Of a stretch of 47,960 nt of DNA, positions 18,431 to 27,669 are shown piece after piece (within the stretch, counting starts at the first letter, position 1; each line of letters begins with the position of its first letter). The position numbers were made by a program, and so were the translations under genes. The notes beneath the pieces were generated by a model. The model made no database searches. It saw nothing but the letters and a program-made list of their open reading frames with translations, and was not told the DNA's origin. The stretch comes from Methanosarcinales archaeon (GTDB lineage: Archaea > Halobacteriota > Methanosarcinia > Methanosarcinales > Methanogasteraceae), in contig DAOVGE010000017.1 of assembly GCA_030672605.1 (NCBI GenBank), positions 1 through 47,960 on the forward strand, written 5' to 3'.

Positions 18431-20164
18431 GTGAATAAAATGGAACAGATTATCAAAAAACCGGCGAATATCGTCCCGCGCCCGAACCTGCGAGACTACG
18501 ACGAGACGTCAGAGACATTTGAATGGGAGGGCGCGTATGACCGAGTCGAATGGTTCAACGGCAAGCTGAATGCGGCGTACAACGCAGTGGATCGGCATGC
18601 CCGATCACAGCGGAGGGACAAGGTCGCTTTATACTGGGAGGGCGCAGGCAGGGGTGAGAAATACACTTTTCTCGAAATGTCCCGCCTTTCGAACAGGTTT
18701 GCGAACGTATTAACAGACCTTGGAATCGAGAAGCATGATCGCGTATTCATCTTCCTGCCGCGGATTCCGGAGACCTATATCAGCTTTCTCGGAATCCTGA
18801 AGACCGGCGCGATCGCTGGCACCATGTTCTCGGCATTCGGACCAGAGGGACTGTACGACCGCCTGCGCGACAGCGGCGCGCGATACCTGATCACCAATTC
18901 GAGCCTCAAGGAACGGGTGTACCAGATAAAAGACGATCTCGTCGACCTTGAACGACTGATCATCGTCGATTGCGACGATTGCGCCGGTGTTGCAGACGAT
19001 GAGGTTAGTTACACGGAAGCGATGAAAAACGCGTCCGAGACGTTTGATACTGTGCAGATGCTACCGGACGATCCCGCGTTCATGCTATACACGTCCGGAA
19101 CCACTGGAAAGCCGAAGGGCGTGGTTCACAGACACCTTGCGATCGTGCAGCAGCACGTAACAACCGAATGGGTGCTGGACCTGCACGAGGAGGACATCTA
19201 CTGGTGCACGGCAGACCCTGGCTGGGTTACAGGCATCTCCTACGGGCTGCTCGGTCCGTTTTCATGCGGCGCGTCGGTTGTGGTTCACGACGGCAGATTT
19301 GATCCGGAGGTCTGGTACTCAGTGATTGAGAAGTATCGGGTGAACGTCTGGTACAGCGCGCCCACCGCATTCAGGCTGCTTGCGCAAGCCCCTGACGCGC
19401 ACAAGAGCCATGACTTAAGCAGCCTCCGGCACATCTGCAGCGTCGGCGAGCCTTTGAATTCCGAGATTGTGCACTGGGGCGTAAGAACATTCGGGCTACC
19501 GATTCATGACAACTTCTGGCAGACAGAGACAGGCGGCATCCTGATCGCCAATTATCCGTCGCTTCCGATAAAGCCCGGCTGGATGGGAAAGCCGATACCC
19601 GGAATAAAAGCAGCAATCGTTGATGACTCCGGATGTGAGGTTGCTCGCGGTGTCGAGGGAAATCTTGCGCTCGTTGCGGATTTTCCATCGCTGATGCTCA
19701 CAATCTGGAAGAACCCTGCAAAGTACCGGGAGTATTTCTCAGGCGGCTGGTATCTCACAGGCGATCGGGCTGTGCAGCACGAGGATGGCTACTTCCTCTT
19801 CATCGGAAGAGCGGATGATGTGATCAACACATCAGGCGAGCGGGTGGGACCGTTTGAGGTTGAATCCGCGCTGATCGAGCATCCGGCAATCGTTGAGGCT
19901 GGCGTCATCGGAAAGCCTGACCCCCTGCGCGGCGAGATCATCAAGGCGTTTGTCGTACTTGCGCCAGGTTACGAGCCGTCTGACGAGCTAGCGTCTGATG
20001 TGAAACGGTTTGTGAAGACGAGGCTTGCGGGGCACGCATATCCGCGCGAGTTCGAGATCGTGGATACGCTACCAAAGACCCGGAGCGGAAAGATCGTGCG
20101 GAGGATGCTTCGGGCAAAGGAACTCGGGCTTCCGATCGGGGACGTCTCGACGCTGGAGGAGTGA
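18431..20164 (+). CDS. AMP-forming acyl-CoA synthetase (ACS/MACS family)
   Basis: AMP-binding motif YTSGTTGKPKGV, then WYLTGDRA...GRADDVINTSGERVGPFEVE, then PKTRSGKIVRR. 577 aa is shorter than canonical acetyl-CoA synthetases, so substrate is left open. Confidence 0.85.
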   Translation: MNKMEQIIKKPANIVPRPNLRDYDETSETFEWEGAYDRVEWFNGKLNAAYNAVDRHARSQRRDKVALYWEGAGRGEKYTFLEMSRLSNRFANVLTDLGIEKHDRVFIFLPRIPETYISFLGILKTGAIAGTMFSAFGPEGLYDRLRDSGARYLITNSSLKERVYQIKDDLVDLERLIIVDCDDCAGVADDEVSYTEAMKNASETFDTVQMLPDDPAFMLYTSGTTGKPKGVVHRHLAIVQQHVTTEWVLDLHEEDIYWCTADPGWVTGISYGLLGPFSCGASVVVHDGRFDPEVWYSVIEKYRVNVWYSAPTAFRLLAQAPDAHKSHDLSSLRHICSVGEPLNSEIVHWGVRTFGLPIHDNFWQTETGGILIANYPSLPIKPGWMGKPIPGIKAAIVDDSGCEVARGVEGNLALVADFPSLMLTIWKNPAKYREYFSGGWYLTGDRAVQHEDGYFLFIGRADDVINTSGERVGPFEVESALIEHPAIVEAGVIGKPDPLRGEIIKAFVVLAPGYEPSDELASDVKRFVKTRLAGHAYPREFEIVDTLPKTRSGKIVRRMLRAKELGLPIGDVSTLEE

Positions 20165-20202
20165 GGGAGAGGGTGCTGCAGCAGAGGATACTTGAGAATT
20201 GC

Positions 20203-20368
20203 TGATTCTGATGGATTCTGTGGTTTCCAACCTTTGCGCCCTTGCGCCCTCGCGTCTTTGCGTTTCTCTGATTTAACGCAGAGACGCAAAGACGCAGGAG
20301 TGGCGCCCGCGATTGCTGCAACACGAGGGTGGGCTACTGCTATCGACCACAGAAAACGGCAGAACCAG
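20203..20368 (+). mobile_element. MITE family 1, copy A
   Basis: Perfect 9-bp TSD GAGAATTGC (20194-20202 and 20369-20377). TIRs are tgattctgatggattctgtggtttcc / gaccacagaaaacggcagaaccag. Hairpin core is gcgtctttgcgt...acgcaaagacgc. Confidence 0.85.
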
Positions 20369-20564
20369 GAGAATTGCATCGGTTGGTTGAAACCGATGGT
20401 TGCGCGCTTCTGCCGATCGGTGGCTTATGTGGCACGCGTGTTCTTGCGCGGGATTTTGAGCCGCGACAGTCGTTGCCAATCCCTGCCATCCCACGCAATT
20501 AATATGCGATGACGTCAGATGTGCGGTTGTGCGCAATGTACGAGAATGAAAGGAGTTATTCAGA

Positions 20565-20795
20565 ATGGTGATTGGAGTTACTATGATCAACGTGGTGCCA
20601 GGGCAGGAGAAGGCAACATATAGCGAATTGTGCGATATTGACGGAGTCAAGGAAGTATATCACGTATTCGGTGAGTACGACTTTGTGGCAGTGATCGATG
20701 TGCAGGGGTTGAGCGCGCTCAACAAACTGGTCGATCACATCCGGGAAAACAAGAGCGTGACAGCAACCAAGACCGTGGTCGGAGCTGAGCTGTAG
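20565..20795 (+). CDS. Stand-alone Lrp/AsnC ligand-binding (RAM) domain protein
   Basis: 76 aa with VKEVYHVFGEYDFVAVIDV, typical of the RAM domain. An aaaggag box precedes the ATG. Confidence 0.75.
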   Translation: MVIGVTMINVVPGQEKATYSELCDIDGVKEVYHVFGEYDFVAVIDVQGLSALNKLVDHIRENKSVTATKTVVGAEL

Positions 20796-20836
20796 GTTAT
20801 ATCCTGTCTGGTATGTGTTTAGCTGAGGCGAAAAAC

Positions 20837-21012
20837 CTGGTTCTGACGTTTTCTGTGGTCGCTAACGGTAGCTCCCTCGCGTATGCAAAAAAACGCGGGC
20901 GCATCGCCCCCAACTTTGCGCCTTTGTGACCTTGCGTTAGATCAGATGAACGCAAAGACGCGATGACGCAAGGGCGCAAAGATTGGAAACCACAGAATCC
21001 ATCAGAATCAGG
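20837..21012 (-). mobile_element. MITE family 1, copy B (inverted)
   Basis: ctggttctgacgttttctgtggtc ... ggaaaccacagaatccatcagaatca. Very similar to copy E. The flanking GAAAAAC-containing duplication is imperfect. Confidence 0.8.
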
Positions 21013-21110
21013 AAAAACCCGCGAGATTAACACAGAAATCTTGTGGGGATGGCTGCGCCGCTGCTTCGCAGACTGTGTAACCTTGTGGTTAGCTAAACAT
21101 GTACCCTACC
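21013..21110 (-). repeat. Truncated family-3 repeat abutting MITE-1 copy B
   Basis: gagattaacacagaaatcttgtgg...ggctgcgccgctgcttcgcagactgtg matches the reverse complement of 30250-30320. Confidence 0.55.
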
Positions 21111-21156
21111 CGTATCTCACTTTTTGGTTCACTGAAAAGAAGCAAGGATGCGGAAA

Positions 21157-21245
21157 CGCCCGGACCGGGATTCGAACCCGGGGCGGAGCCTTTCTGCCTG
21201 TGTTAGTCGACAGGGCTCCATGCTAGGCCTCTACACTATCCGGAC
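21157..21245 (-). tRNA. tRNA-Asp (anticodon GUC) with 16-nt intron at the canonical 37/38 position
   Basis: Manual fold: acceptor GTCCGGA/TCCGGGC; D arm GTGT..GCAT; anticodon stem GAGCC/GGCTC; loop CTGTCG|intron|A; T arm CCGGG TTCGAAT CCCGG; discriminator G; no encoded CCA. The intron is ACTAACACAGGCAGAA (21192-21207) and forms a bulge-helix-bulge. Confidence 0.8.
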
Positions 21246-21282
21246 AATCGTTGGTAGGACAAGAGATGGATTAGCTGTCGAT

Positions 21283-21295
21283 ATCATTTAAACCT
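21283..21295 (-). promoter_or_regulatory. Possible TATA box for the tRNA gene
   Basis: The minus strand reads ggtttaaatgat about 40-50 nt upstream of the tRNA 5' end. Confidence 0.3.
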
Positions 21296-21322
21296 TTTGC
21301 ATCTGGCTTTCCGGAACTTCTG

Positions 21323-22888
21323 TCACTGCCACCCGTAGACCTCAACGACATCGTTATTGTTCGCCGCCACATAGCAGGTCAGGTTGCCTGTTATGTACTC
21401 TCTTATGCTGGGTCTCAGCTTGTACCACCCCGTCGCATCCACGATGACCCAGCCCCGGTCATGCTCACCCACCACTTTCTTGAACGTCTCAACATCGGTT
21501 ATCGCGGTGGCGTTGGTGTATCTCTCCCTCATGGTGCCTCTGACAAGCGAGTTCTCCATCCCTTTTCCCACCATATTGAACGCCAGCCAGTAATCGCTCT
21601 TTCCGAGATAAAACTGGGTAGGCGGAGTCCACGCTGATACGATTGCATCATCGGGGTTCATATTATCCGCAACATATCTGTATGAAGTCCTGAAATCTGG
21701 CTGGGGTGCATTGGAACCAAGGTCGTATCGTTCCTTCGGCATGACGGTGAATGCTGGCGAGATAAACATCGCAGAGAGCAGCATGAGTGCAACAATCACG
21801 TTTACGATCGTCCCATCTGAATCACGGGAATCCTTTCGGGTCTGGCTGTCCGCGCTTCTGAGGGCGCTTCTTGAGTATTCGATTACAAAATCAAGGAAAT
21901 ATCCTATGAGAATGAAGAGTATCGGGATCACAAAGTAGAGATATCTGGTTCCAAGGAGAAGGACGTGATAGAATATGAAATAGAGCGGGATTATGAGTGC
22001 GGCTATCAGAAGCAAACCCTTCCTCCAGTCCCGGTTCATAAGCACGGTTCCGCCCGGAACTGCAACAAACAGGAAGAACCCCAGATCTTTCTTCAGAAAA
22101 TAGATATATGTGTCATAATAATCAATCTCCGTCTGGAGCGCCATAGATATGATCCCCTTATGGTACGCAAATCCGGAGATAACCGAAAACACGAGCACAA
22201 AGAGGGCAGCGGCTTTAATATTCACCCCCCTCAGCGATCCAAGACTCCACTCCCACTCCTGGAGTGTAGAGATTACAAGGTACAGCACAAAGACCGGTAT
22301 CAACGCATAAGCGAATACATGACTCAGTATTGCGCCTTCAACCGATAAAGTCAGCAATGCAAGAGATTTTATGCTTTTATTTCTGGTAAACTCGTAAAAC
22401 AGGTATAATGACAGGATATAGAAGAACTGTAGTTGCTGATACATTCTCGCCTGCCTCGACCACGCAATCTCCCAGACCGAGAATGCGACCAGGACTGCTG
22501 CAATGATTCCGATCCGGCTGTTTCCCCACCGGGATCCGATGAGATATACCAGCGGTATCGTCAGCGTTCCGAAGATCACGCTTGGGATGCGTGCTGCTGA
22601 CTCGGTTACGCCAAATATCGTAAAAGATAGCGCTATCAGTGCGGTGTTGAGTATCCCGCGTGTGTACGCCACGCCTGAGCGGAAGACTGCGGTTCCCGTA
22701 TCCAGAATCGCGGTTGCCGCAATCGAACTGATCGCCTCGTCGATCCAGAATGACTGGGAACCGAGATCATACATCCTCAGAATGAAGCCGGATGCCGTCA
22801 AAAGAACCACGATTAGCCATGGATACTTCTCTTTTGCAATCGGAGTCATCGAACCTCGCTCACAGCATAAATATGTCCCTTGTGGCAC
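21323..22888 (-). CDS. GT39/ArnT-like (PMT_2) membrane glycosyltransferase
   Basis: Polytopic membrane protein with the early-loop motif QSFWIDEAISS typical of dolichyl/undecaprenyl-phosphate-sugar transferases, plus a C-terminal soluble domain. The start may be Met14 (22849). Confidence 0.7.
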   Translation of the reverse strand: MPQGTYLCCERGSMTPIAKEKYPWLIVVLLTASGFILRMYDLGSQSFWIDEAISSIAATAILDTGTAVFRSGVAYTRGILNTALIALSFTIFGVTESAARIPSVIFGTLTIPLVYLIGSRWGNSRIGIIAAVLVAFSVWEIAWSRQARMYQQLQFFYILSLYLFYEFTRNKSIKSLALLTLSVEGAILSHVFAYALIPVFVLYLVISTLQEWEWSLGSLRGVNIKAAALFVLVFSVISGFAYHKGIISMALQTEIDYYDTYIYFLKKDLGFFLFVAVPGGTVLMNRDWRKGLLLIAALIIPLYFIFYHVLLLGTRYLYFVIPILFILIGYFLDFVIEYSRSALRSADSQTRKDSRDSDGTIVNVIVALMLLSAMFISPAFTVMPKERYDLGSNAPQPDFRTSYRYVADNMNPDDAIVSAWTPPTQFYLGKSDYWLAFNMVGKGMENSLVRGTMRERYTNATAITDVETFKKVVGEHDRGWVIVDATGWYKLRPSIREYITGNLTCYVAANNNDVVEVYGWQ

Positions 22889-22962
22889 ATAACTGTTAGC
22901 TCATCCCACATCCTGTTCCGCACCCCCACAAGGTTTATGTCCATACCATTCAATTTCAGTTC

Positions 22963-24444
22963 ATGAAAAAGAATGTGCAGCAGCCACAACTTCCTCCGAA
23001 GGCTGAGTTCAGTGCGTGGTATCACGAACTGCTTGCTGCTGCAGGGATCATGGATGTCAGGTATCCGGTAAAAGGTCTCTATGTGTGGCCCCCCTTCGGT
23101 TTTGGGCTGCGCAACAAGATCTATTCGATCATCCGGGAACTTCTTAACAGAGATGGTCATGAAGAGGTTTTGTTTCCGCTTTTAATTCCTGAAAATGAGT
23201 TTATGAAGGAAGCGGAGCACATAAAGGGGTTTGAGGACGAGGTTTATTGGGTCACGCACGGCGGCACCACTCCGCTGGAGATGAAACTCGCGCTCAGACC
23301 AACAAGCGAGACTGCAATCTACCCGATGTACAAACTCTGGGTTCGCTCGCATGCAGACCTGCCTATGAAGCTGTATCAGGTTGTGAACACCTTCAGATAC
23401 GAGACCAAACATACCCGCCCGCTCATCCGCCTGCGTGAGATCACGTCGTTTAAGGAGGCGCATACCGTGCACACCGACTGGGATGATGCTGCAAAGCATG
23501 TGGACCGGGCAATTGAGATTTATCAGGAGTTTTACAGGCGACTCGCAGTCCCGACCATCGTTTCGAAGCGTCCTGACTGGGATAAGTTCCCTGGCGCGGA
23601 TTATACGCTCGCGGTCGATACTCTGATGCCTGATGGCAGGGTTCTGCAGATCGGAACAGCACACCACCTCGCAGACAAATTCGCAAAGACGTTCGAGATC
23701 ACCTATGAGGATATAAACGGCGAGCAGGTCTACGCGCACCAGACCTGCTACGGGATCTCGGAGCGATCAGTTGCAGCCACAATCAGCATACACGGCGATG
23801 ATCGCGGGCTTGTGCTGCCGCCGGAGATCGCACCGGTCCAGGTGGTGATAATTCCGGTTCTCTTTGGCGAGCCCGATGTGAATGAAAAGGTGCTCGATTC
23901 TTGCAGGTCTCTTCGTGACGCGCTTGTGGACGCGCACGGAATACGTTCGAGAATTGATGATGGTGACGAGCGACCCGGCGCCAAATACTACAGATGGGAA
24001 CTACGAGGCGTTCCGATAAGAATCGAGATTGGTCCGAGAGACCTTGCACAGAACTCTGCCATGCTGGTTCGCAGAGACACATCCGAGAAGCGATCAATTC
24101 TGATCGAAGAGGTCGCACGCGAGGTTGCGGATTGCATGGATGCGATGCGTACTGATATGTATCGTGCTGCATCGCAGGAACTCAATTCAAGAATATTTGA
24201 TTGCGAGACACTGGATGAGGTGAAAGAGAAGAGTGCGCACGGGATTGCGCGCATCTCATGGTGTCTCGATCGCAACTGTGGACTCGAGATGGAAGATATA
24301 ACCGGTATTCACCTACTCGGAATTCCTACCGGCTCACAGCAATCGACATCCGCAGGACCTGGACCGGGGCAAGTATCCGAACAAGGACGGTGTCCGATCT
24401 GCGGAAGAGAGGGCACAGCGGTGCTGATGGCTCGGACATATTAA
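22963..24444 (+). CDS. proS: Prolyl-tRNA synthetase (archaeal/eukaryal type)
   Basis: FSAWYHELL...[18 protein letters not shown]...LRPTSET...FRYE class II motifs, and a C-terminal Zn-binding CPICG. Confidence 0.9.
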   Translation: MKKNVQQPQLPPKAEFSAWYHELLAAAGIMDVRYPVKGLYVWPPFGFGLRNKIYSIIRELLNRDGHEEVLFPLLIPENEFMKEAEHIKGFEDEVYWVTHGGTTPLEMKLALRPTSETAIYPMYKLWVRSHADLPMKLYQVVNTFRYETKHTRPLIRLREITSFKEAHTVHTDWDDAAKHVDRAIEIYQEFYRRLAVPTIVSKRPDWDKFPGADYTLAVDTLMPDGRVLQIGTAHHLADKFAKTFEITYEDINGEQVYAHQTCYGISERSVAATISIHGDDRGLVLPPEIAPVQVVIIPVLFGEPDVNEKVLDSCRSLRDALVDAHGIRSRIDDGDERPGAKYYRWELRGVPIRIEIGPRDLAQNSAMLVRRDTSEKRSILIEEVAREVADCMDAMRTDMYRAASQELNSRIFDCETLDEVKEKSAHGIARISWCLDRNCGLEMEDITGIHLLGIPTGSQQSTSAGPGPGQVSEQGRCPICGREGTAVLMARTY

Positions 24445-24489
24445 CAGTAATATTAACAGTAACGAATAAAGTGAGGGATTCATATCAGA

Positions 24490-25215
24490 TTGAAGAAACG
24501 AACCGTTTTGCGGAAGACACACGGAAATAGCGAGAGTGATGCAAGCAATGTGAGCAATAGTGATGCGAGTAACGAGGGTAACGGGAACGATGTATCTAAT
24601 GAGAGTAGTGGACACGTATCCGAACAAAGCAGCAGCAGCAACGTCGCATCAGAACGTTCTGGTGCATTCGTGATCCCGGGCGATTTCATAGGGACGACAG
24701 AGGAGTTTCGTGCTGGTGAATCGACCTACGAAAAGATGGGCGGCATCTACGCAGCCACCACCGGAACGACCAGAGTCGACCAGGCACACAGGTCAGTCTC
24801 TGTGTTTCCAAGAACAGACGTCCCTCCGTTTCTCAGAAGAGGGGATGTGATCGTCGGACAGGTGACCGGACTGCGCGAATCACTCGCGATGGTTGCAATC
24901 GCTGGCGCAAAAGGTGTCGCCGACCGGGAGATCGCGAATGCGGCGCCCGCGGTCGTCCATGTCTCCAACATCAAGAGGGCGTACGTCAAGGATATCACGA
25001 ACGAGTTCGGATTGTTCGACATCATCAAGGCGAAGGTGATCGACATCAAGAACATGCGCCTCGACACGTCCGAATCGGACATGGGTGTGATGAAGGCATT
25101 CTGTTCAAGCTGCAGAGCCCCGATGAAACTGAATGATTCGAAGCTCAAGTGTTCTGAGTGCGGAAAGATCGAGACACGGAAGTTGGCTTCCACTTATGGA
25201 ACCGGCATTATATAA
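24490..25215 (+). CDS. csl4: Exosome complex RNA-binding subunit Csl4
   Basis: VIPGDFIGTTEEF N-domain, an S1-like middle domain, and a C-terminal Zn ribbon CSSCRAP...CSECG. The first about 60 codons are Ser/Asn/Asp low complexity after a TTG start. GTG 24670 is a plausible true start. Confidence 0.8.
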   Translation: MKKRTVLRKTHGNSESDASNVSNSDASNEGNGNDVSNESSGHVSEQSSSSNVASERSGAFVIPGDFIGTTEEFRAGESTYEKMGGIYAATTGTTRVDQAHRSVSVFPRTDVPPFLRRGDVIVGQVTGLRESLAMVAIAGAKGVADREIANAAPAVVHVSNIKRAYVKDITNEFGLFDIIKAKVIDIKNMRLDTSESDMGVMKAFCSSCRAPMKLNDSKLKCSECGKIETRKLASTYGTGII

Positions 25216-25232
25216 CCGACGATAGAGAGATC

Positions 25233-25832
25233 ATGGACGCGGACTTACTCGACGAAAAATTGAGTAAAGCAGTCGAAAGGATCGATTCATTGGACGAATC
25301 CGAGAAAGTCAAATTTGTAATCCAGTATGGTTCGTCGGTGGATAGTACGATGAGGGATGGCTCAGATATCGATCTGGCAATCTATTACGATTGCAAAGAC
25401 GATAGTGAACCGTCCCGATACAGATTTGAAGTGATCTACAATCTTTCTGATGATGTTTACGACATTCAGATCTTTCAACAGCGCCCCCTGTACGTGAGAA
25501 TAGAAGTTCTAAAAGGGAATGTGGTCTGCTGCAGAGATCGAAACTTTCTGATTCTGATGGATTCTGTGGTTTCCAATCTTTGCGCCATTGCGTCATCGCG
25601 TCTTTGCGTTCTCGTTCGCCAGTTTAACGCAAAGGTGCAAAGGCGCAGAGACGCAAAGGTAGGGGCGGGATGCCCGCGATTTTCCGCATACGCGAGGGGG
25701 TTCCCACATCGACCACAGAAAACGTCAGAACCAGGAAACTTTCTGTACGATGTAGCGTGGCAGACGATAAAAGAATTTAATGGGTTCAAACACCGATACT
25801 ACGATTATATCGGAGAGAGGCGCATCGTATGA
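25233..25832 (+). CDS. Minimal nucleotidyltransferase (MNT/antitoxin-type) carrying an in-frame MITE insertion
   Basis: QYGSSVDSTMRDGSDIDLAIYY is a GS-x(n)-DxD nucleotidyltransferase motif. Codons 25549-25743 derive from MITE-1 copy C plus its TSD. The frame stays open to 25832. Confidence 0.65.
   Translation: MDADLLDEKLSKAVERIDSLDESEKVKFVIQYGSSVDSTMRDGSDIDLAIYYDCKDDSEPSRYRFEVIYNLSDDVYDIQIFQQRPLYVRIEVLKGNVVCCRDRNFLILMDSVVSNLCAIASSRLCVLVRQFNAKVQRRRDAKVGAGCPRFSAYARGFPHRPQKTSEPGNFLYDVAWQTIKEFNGFKHRYYDYIGERRIV
25549..25734 (+). mobile_element. MITE family 1, copy C (inside a CDS)
   Basis: Perfect 9-bp TSD GAAACTTTC at 25540-25548 and 25735-25743. The termini tgattctgatgg.../...cagaaccag are the same as in copy A. 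Confidence 0.85.
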
Positions 25833-25874
25833 GGACGAGTCTCATAAGAACAGAAATTTTTGGAGCGTGTTTCT

Positions 25875-26795
25875 ATGAAGATCATGGTCGCCGAGTACGC
25901 GGTTGCAACCGGTGACCCCGAGATCTTCGGCGAAGGATGCGCCATGCTCTCGTCTCTTGCAAACAGCTTCAGCGCATGCGGGCATCAGGTGCAGTATCCC
26001 GCAAGAAGCTTAATCGCGGGAATCAAAGGGGATGCAGTCGAGTGCAGTGGCAGCGATTTCAGGGAATCAGTCGAGAGAATTGCGCGCATGAGCGACGCCG
26101 GAATCGTGATCGCTCCTGATGAGATTCTCGCTGATCTGACCAAAGTTATTGAGGCTAACACTGTCAATCTCGGCTGCCCTGAGAGGTCGGTTAGGGACTG
26201 CGCTGACAAGCTCGCGTGCTCACAGATTCTGTCAGCCAGCGGAATTGCAGTTCCTGAGATTGCCGATAATTTCGATAATTCCGGTGACGTCGAAGCGTAC
26301 GTGATCAAACCGAGATGGGGCTGTGCTTCTGACGGAATATCGATCGTGCATGAGAAAGTGCAGACCGACGATGATTTCATCATAACCGAGTTCGTTGCAG
26401 GAGAGCATCTGAGCGCAAGTCTGGTAATCGGAGAGAGCACGCTTCCGCTCACTGTGAACAGGCAGTATATTGAGATTGGTTCGGAAATCGCTTACAATGG
26501 TGGAATTGTGGCATACCCCACGCCACTCCGAGATGAGGTCATGAATGTCGCCGCGAGAGCCGCGCACGCACTCGGATGCAGGGGGTATGTCGGGCTCGAT
26601 ATCGTTGCAGGAGATGAACTGTACGTGGTGGATGTCAATCCGAGACCAACAACGTCGTTACTCGGAATCGCAAAAGTCATCGATTGCGAGATCGGGGATC
26701 TGATCCTCCGGGCAAGGTTCGGGGGACTCCCTGAATCAATCGGGGTATCCGGATCGTTCCGATTCACAAAAGCAGATCTTGTAGATTATGAATGA
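25875..26795 (+). CDS. mfnD: ATP-grasp ligase, probable tyramine-L-glutamate ligase of methanofuran biosynthesis
   Basis: ATP-grasp-like layout (YVIKPRWGCASDGI..., GYVGLDIV...VVDVNPRPT). It is convergent with and overlaps mfnB by 10 nt. The specific assignment is inferred from that neighbourhood. Confidence 0.55.
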   Translation: MKIMVAEYAVATGDPEIFGEGCAMLSSLANSFSACGHQVQYPARSLIAGIKGDAVECSGSDFRESVERIARMSDAGIVIAPDEILADLTKVIEANTVNLGCPERSVRDCADKLACSQILSASGIAVPEIADNFDNSGDVEAYVIKPRWGCASDGISIVHEKVQTDDDFIITEFVAGEHLSASLVIGESTLPLTVNRQYIEIGSEIAYNGGIVAYPTPLRDEVMNVAARAAHALGCRGYVGLDIVAGDELYVVDVNPRPTTSLLGIAKVIDCEIGDLILRARFGGLPESIGVSGSFRFTKADLVDYE

Positions 26796-27493
26796 TTCAT
26801 CTGCGCCATAAACTCCTCGACCAGTTCCTTCTTGATCTCGGAGCTCCGGTCGCCGCCGCAGACAACCCCGCGGATTCCGATTATGTCCGGATTGATGCGG
26901 TTCAACGCGTCTATGTCCTCAAACTTGATTGTTCCGGCGAGTGCAGTGGTGAGACCAAGCTTGCGAGAATCCTCCACGAACTTTGTCAACTCCTCTTCGC
27001 TCATATACTCGAATGTTGATCGTCCGTCTTTGATTCCGGTATCGATCATTACTACGTCAAAACCGACCTTTGCACCAATTTCAGGGAGTAACATCGGAGA
27101 AATGGAATTTATGCGCGTATAATCCGCATACGCGGCTGCCACTGCCATTTTGTTGGGATCGTAGTCTTTTATCGACTTTACAACCTTTGACAGCAGTTCT
27201 TCTGCCTGATCAACAGTCTGAATGTCGTACAACCCTATCTTGATGTAATCAGCGCCGGACGCTGCAGCGCCAAGCGCGGCAAGTGATGCCGTACCTGGTT
27301 TGAAATTAAAATCGCCAATCGTTGCGCTGACAGGTTTCTTTGATTCGATCTCCTCGATTACCGCGCGGATCATCCACGGGAAATTCGCGCCGAGAGACCC
27401 TTCCTTCGGGTTCTTCACATCGATTATATCGGCACCGCCGTCAAGCGCAGCTTTTGCCTCGACCGTGTTGATCGGGCTGACCAGTAGTTTCAT
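26786..27493 (-). CDS. mfnB: (5-formylfuran-3-yl)methyl phosphate synthase (DUF556 family)
   Basis: MKLLVSPINTVEAKAALDGGADIIDVKNPKEGSLGANFPW is typical of MfnB. 235 aa. Confidence 0.8.
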   Translation of the reverse strand: MKLLVSPINTVEAKAALDGGADIIDVKNPKEGSLGANFPWMIRAVIEEIESKKPVSATIGDFNFKPGTASLAALGAAASGADYIKIGLYDIQTVDQAEELLSKVVKSIKDYDPNKMAVAAAYADYTRINSISPMLLPEIGAKVGFDVVMIDTGIKDGRSTFEYMSEEELTKFVEDSRKLGLTTALAGTIKFEDIDALNRINPDIIGIRGVVCGGDRSSEIKKELVEEFMAQMNHS

Positions 27494-27669
27494 AATATGC
27501 CTCCAATTGTTGCACTGTTCACGCAGTGCGATATTCTGATGTAATCATCGTACCGGTTATATTTAACGGTGTCGGACGTGCCGTGGCTCGGACAAGCTTG
27601 CAAGCAAGGGCATACACAGTAAAGCATATAGCGGAATCGGGATTAGGCTAACATGGATGTGATTGCGGA

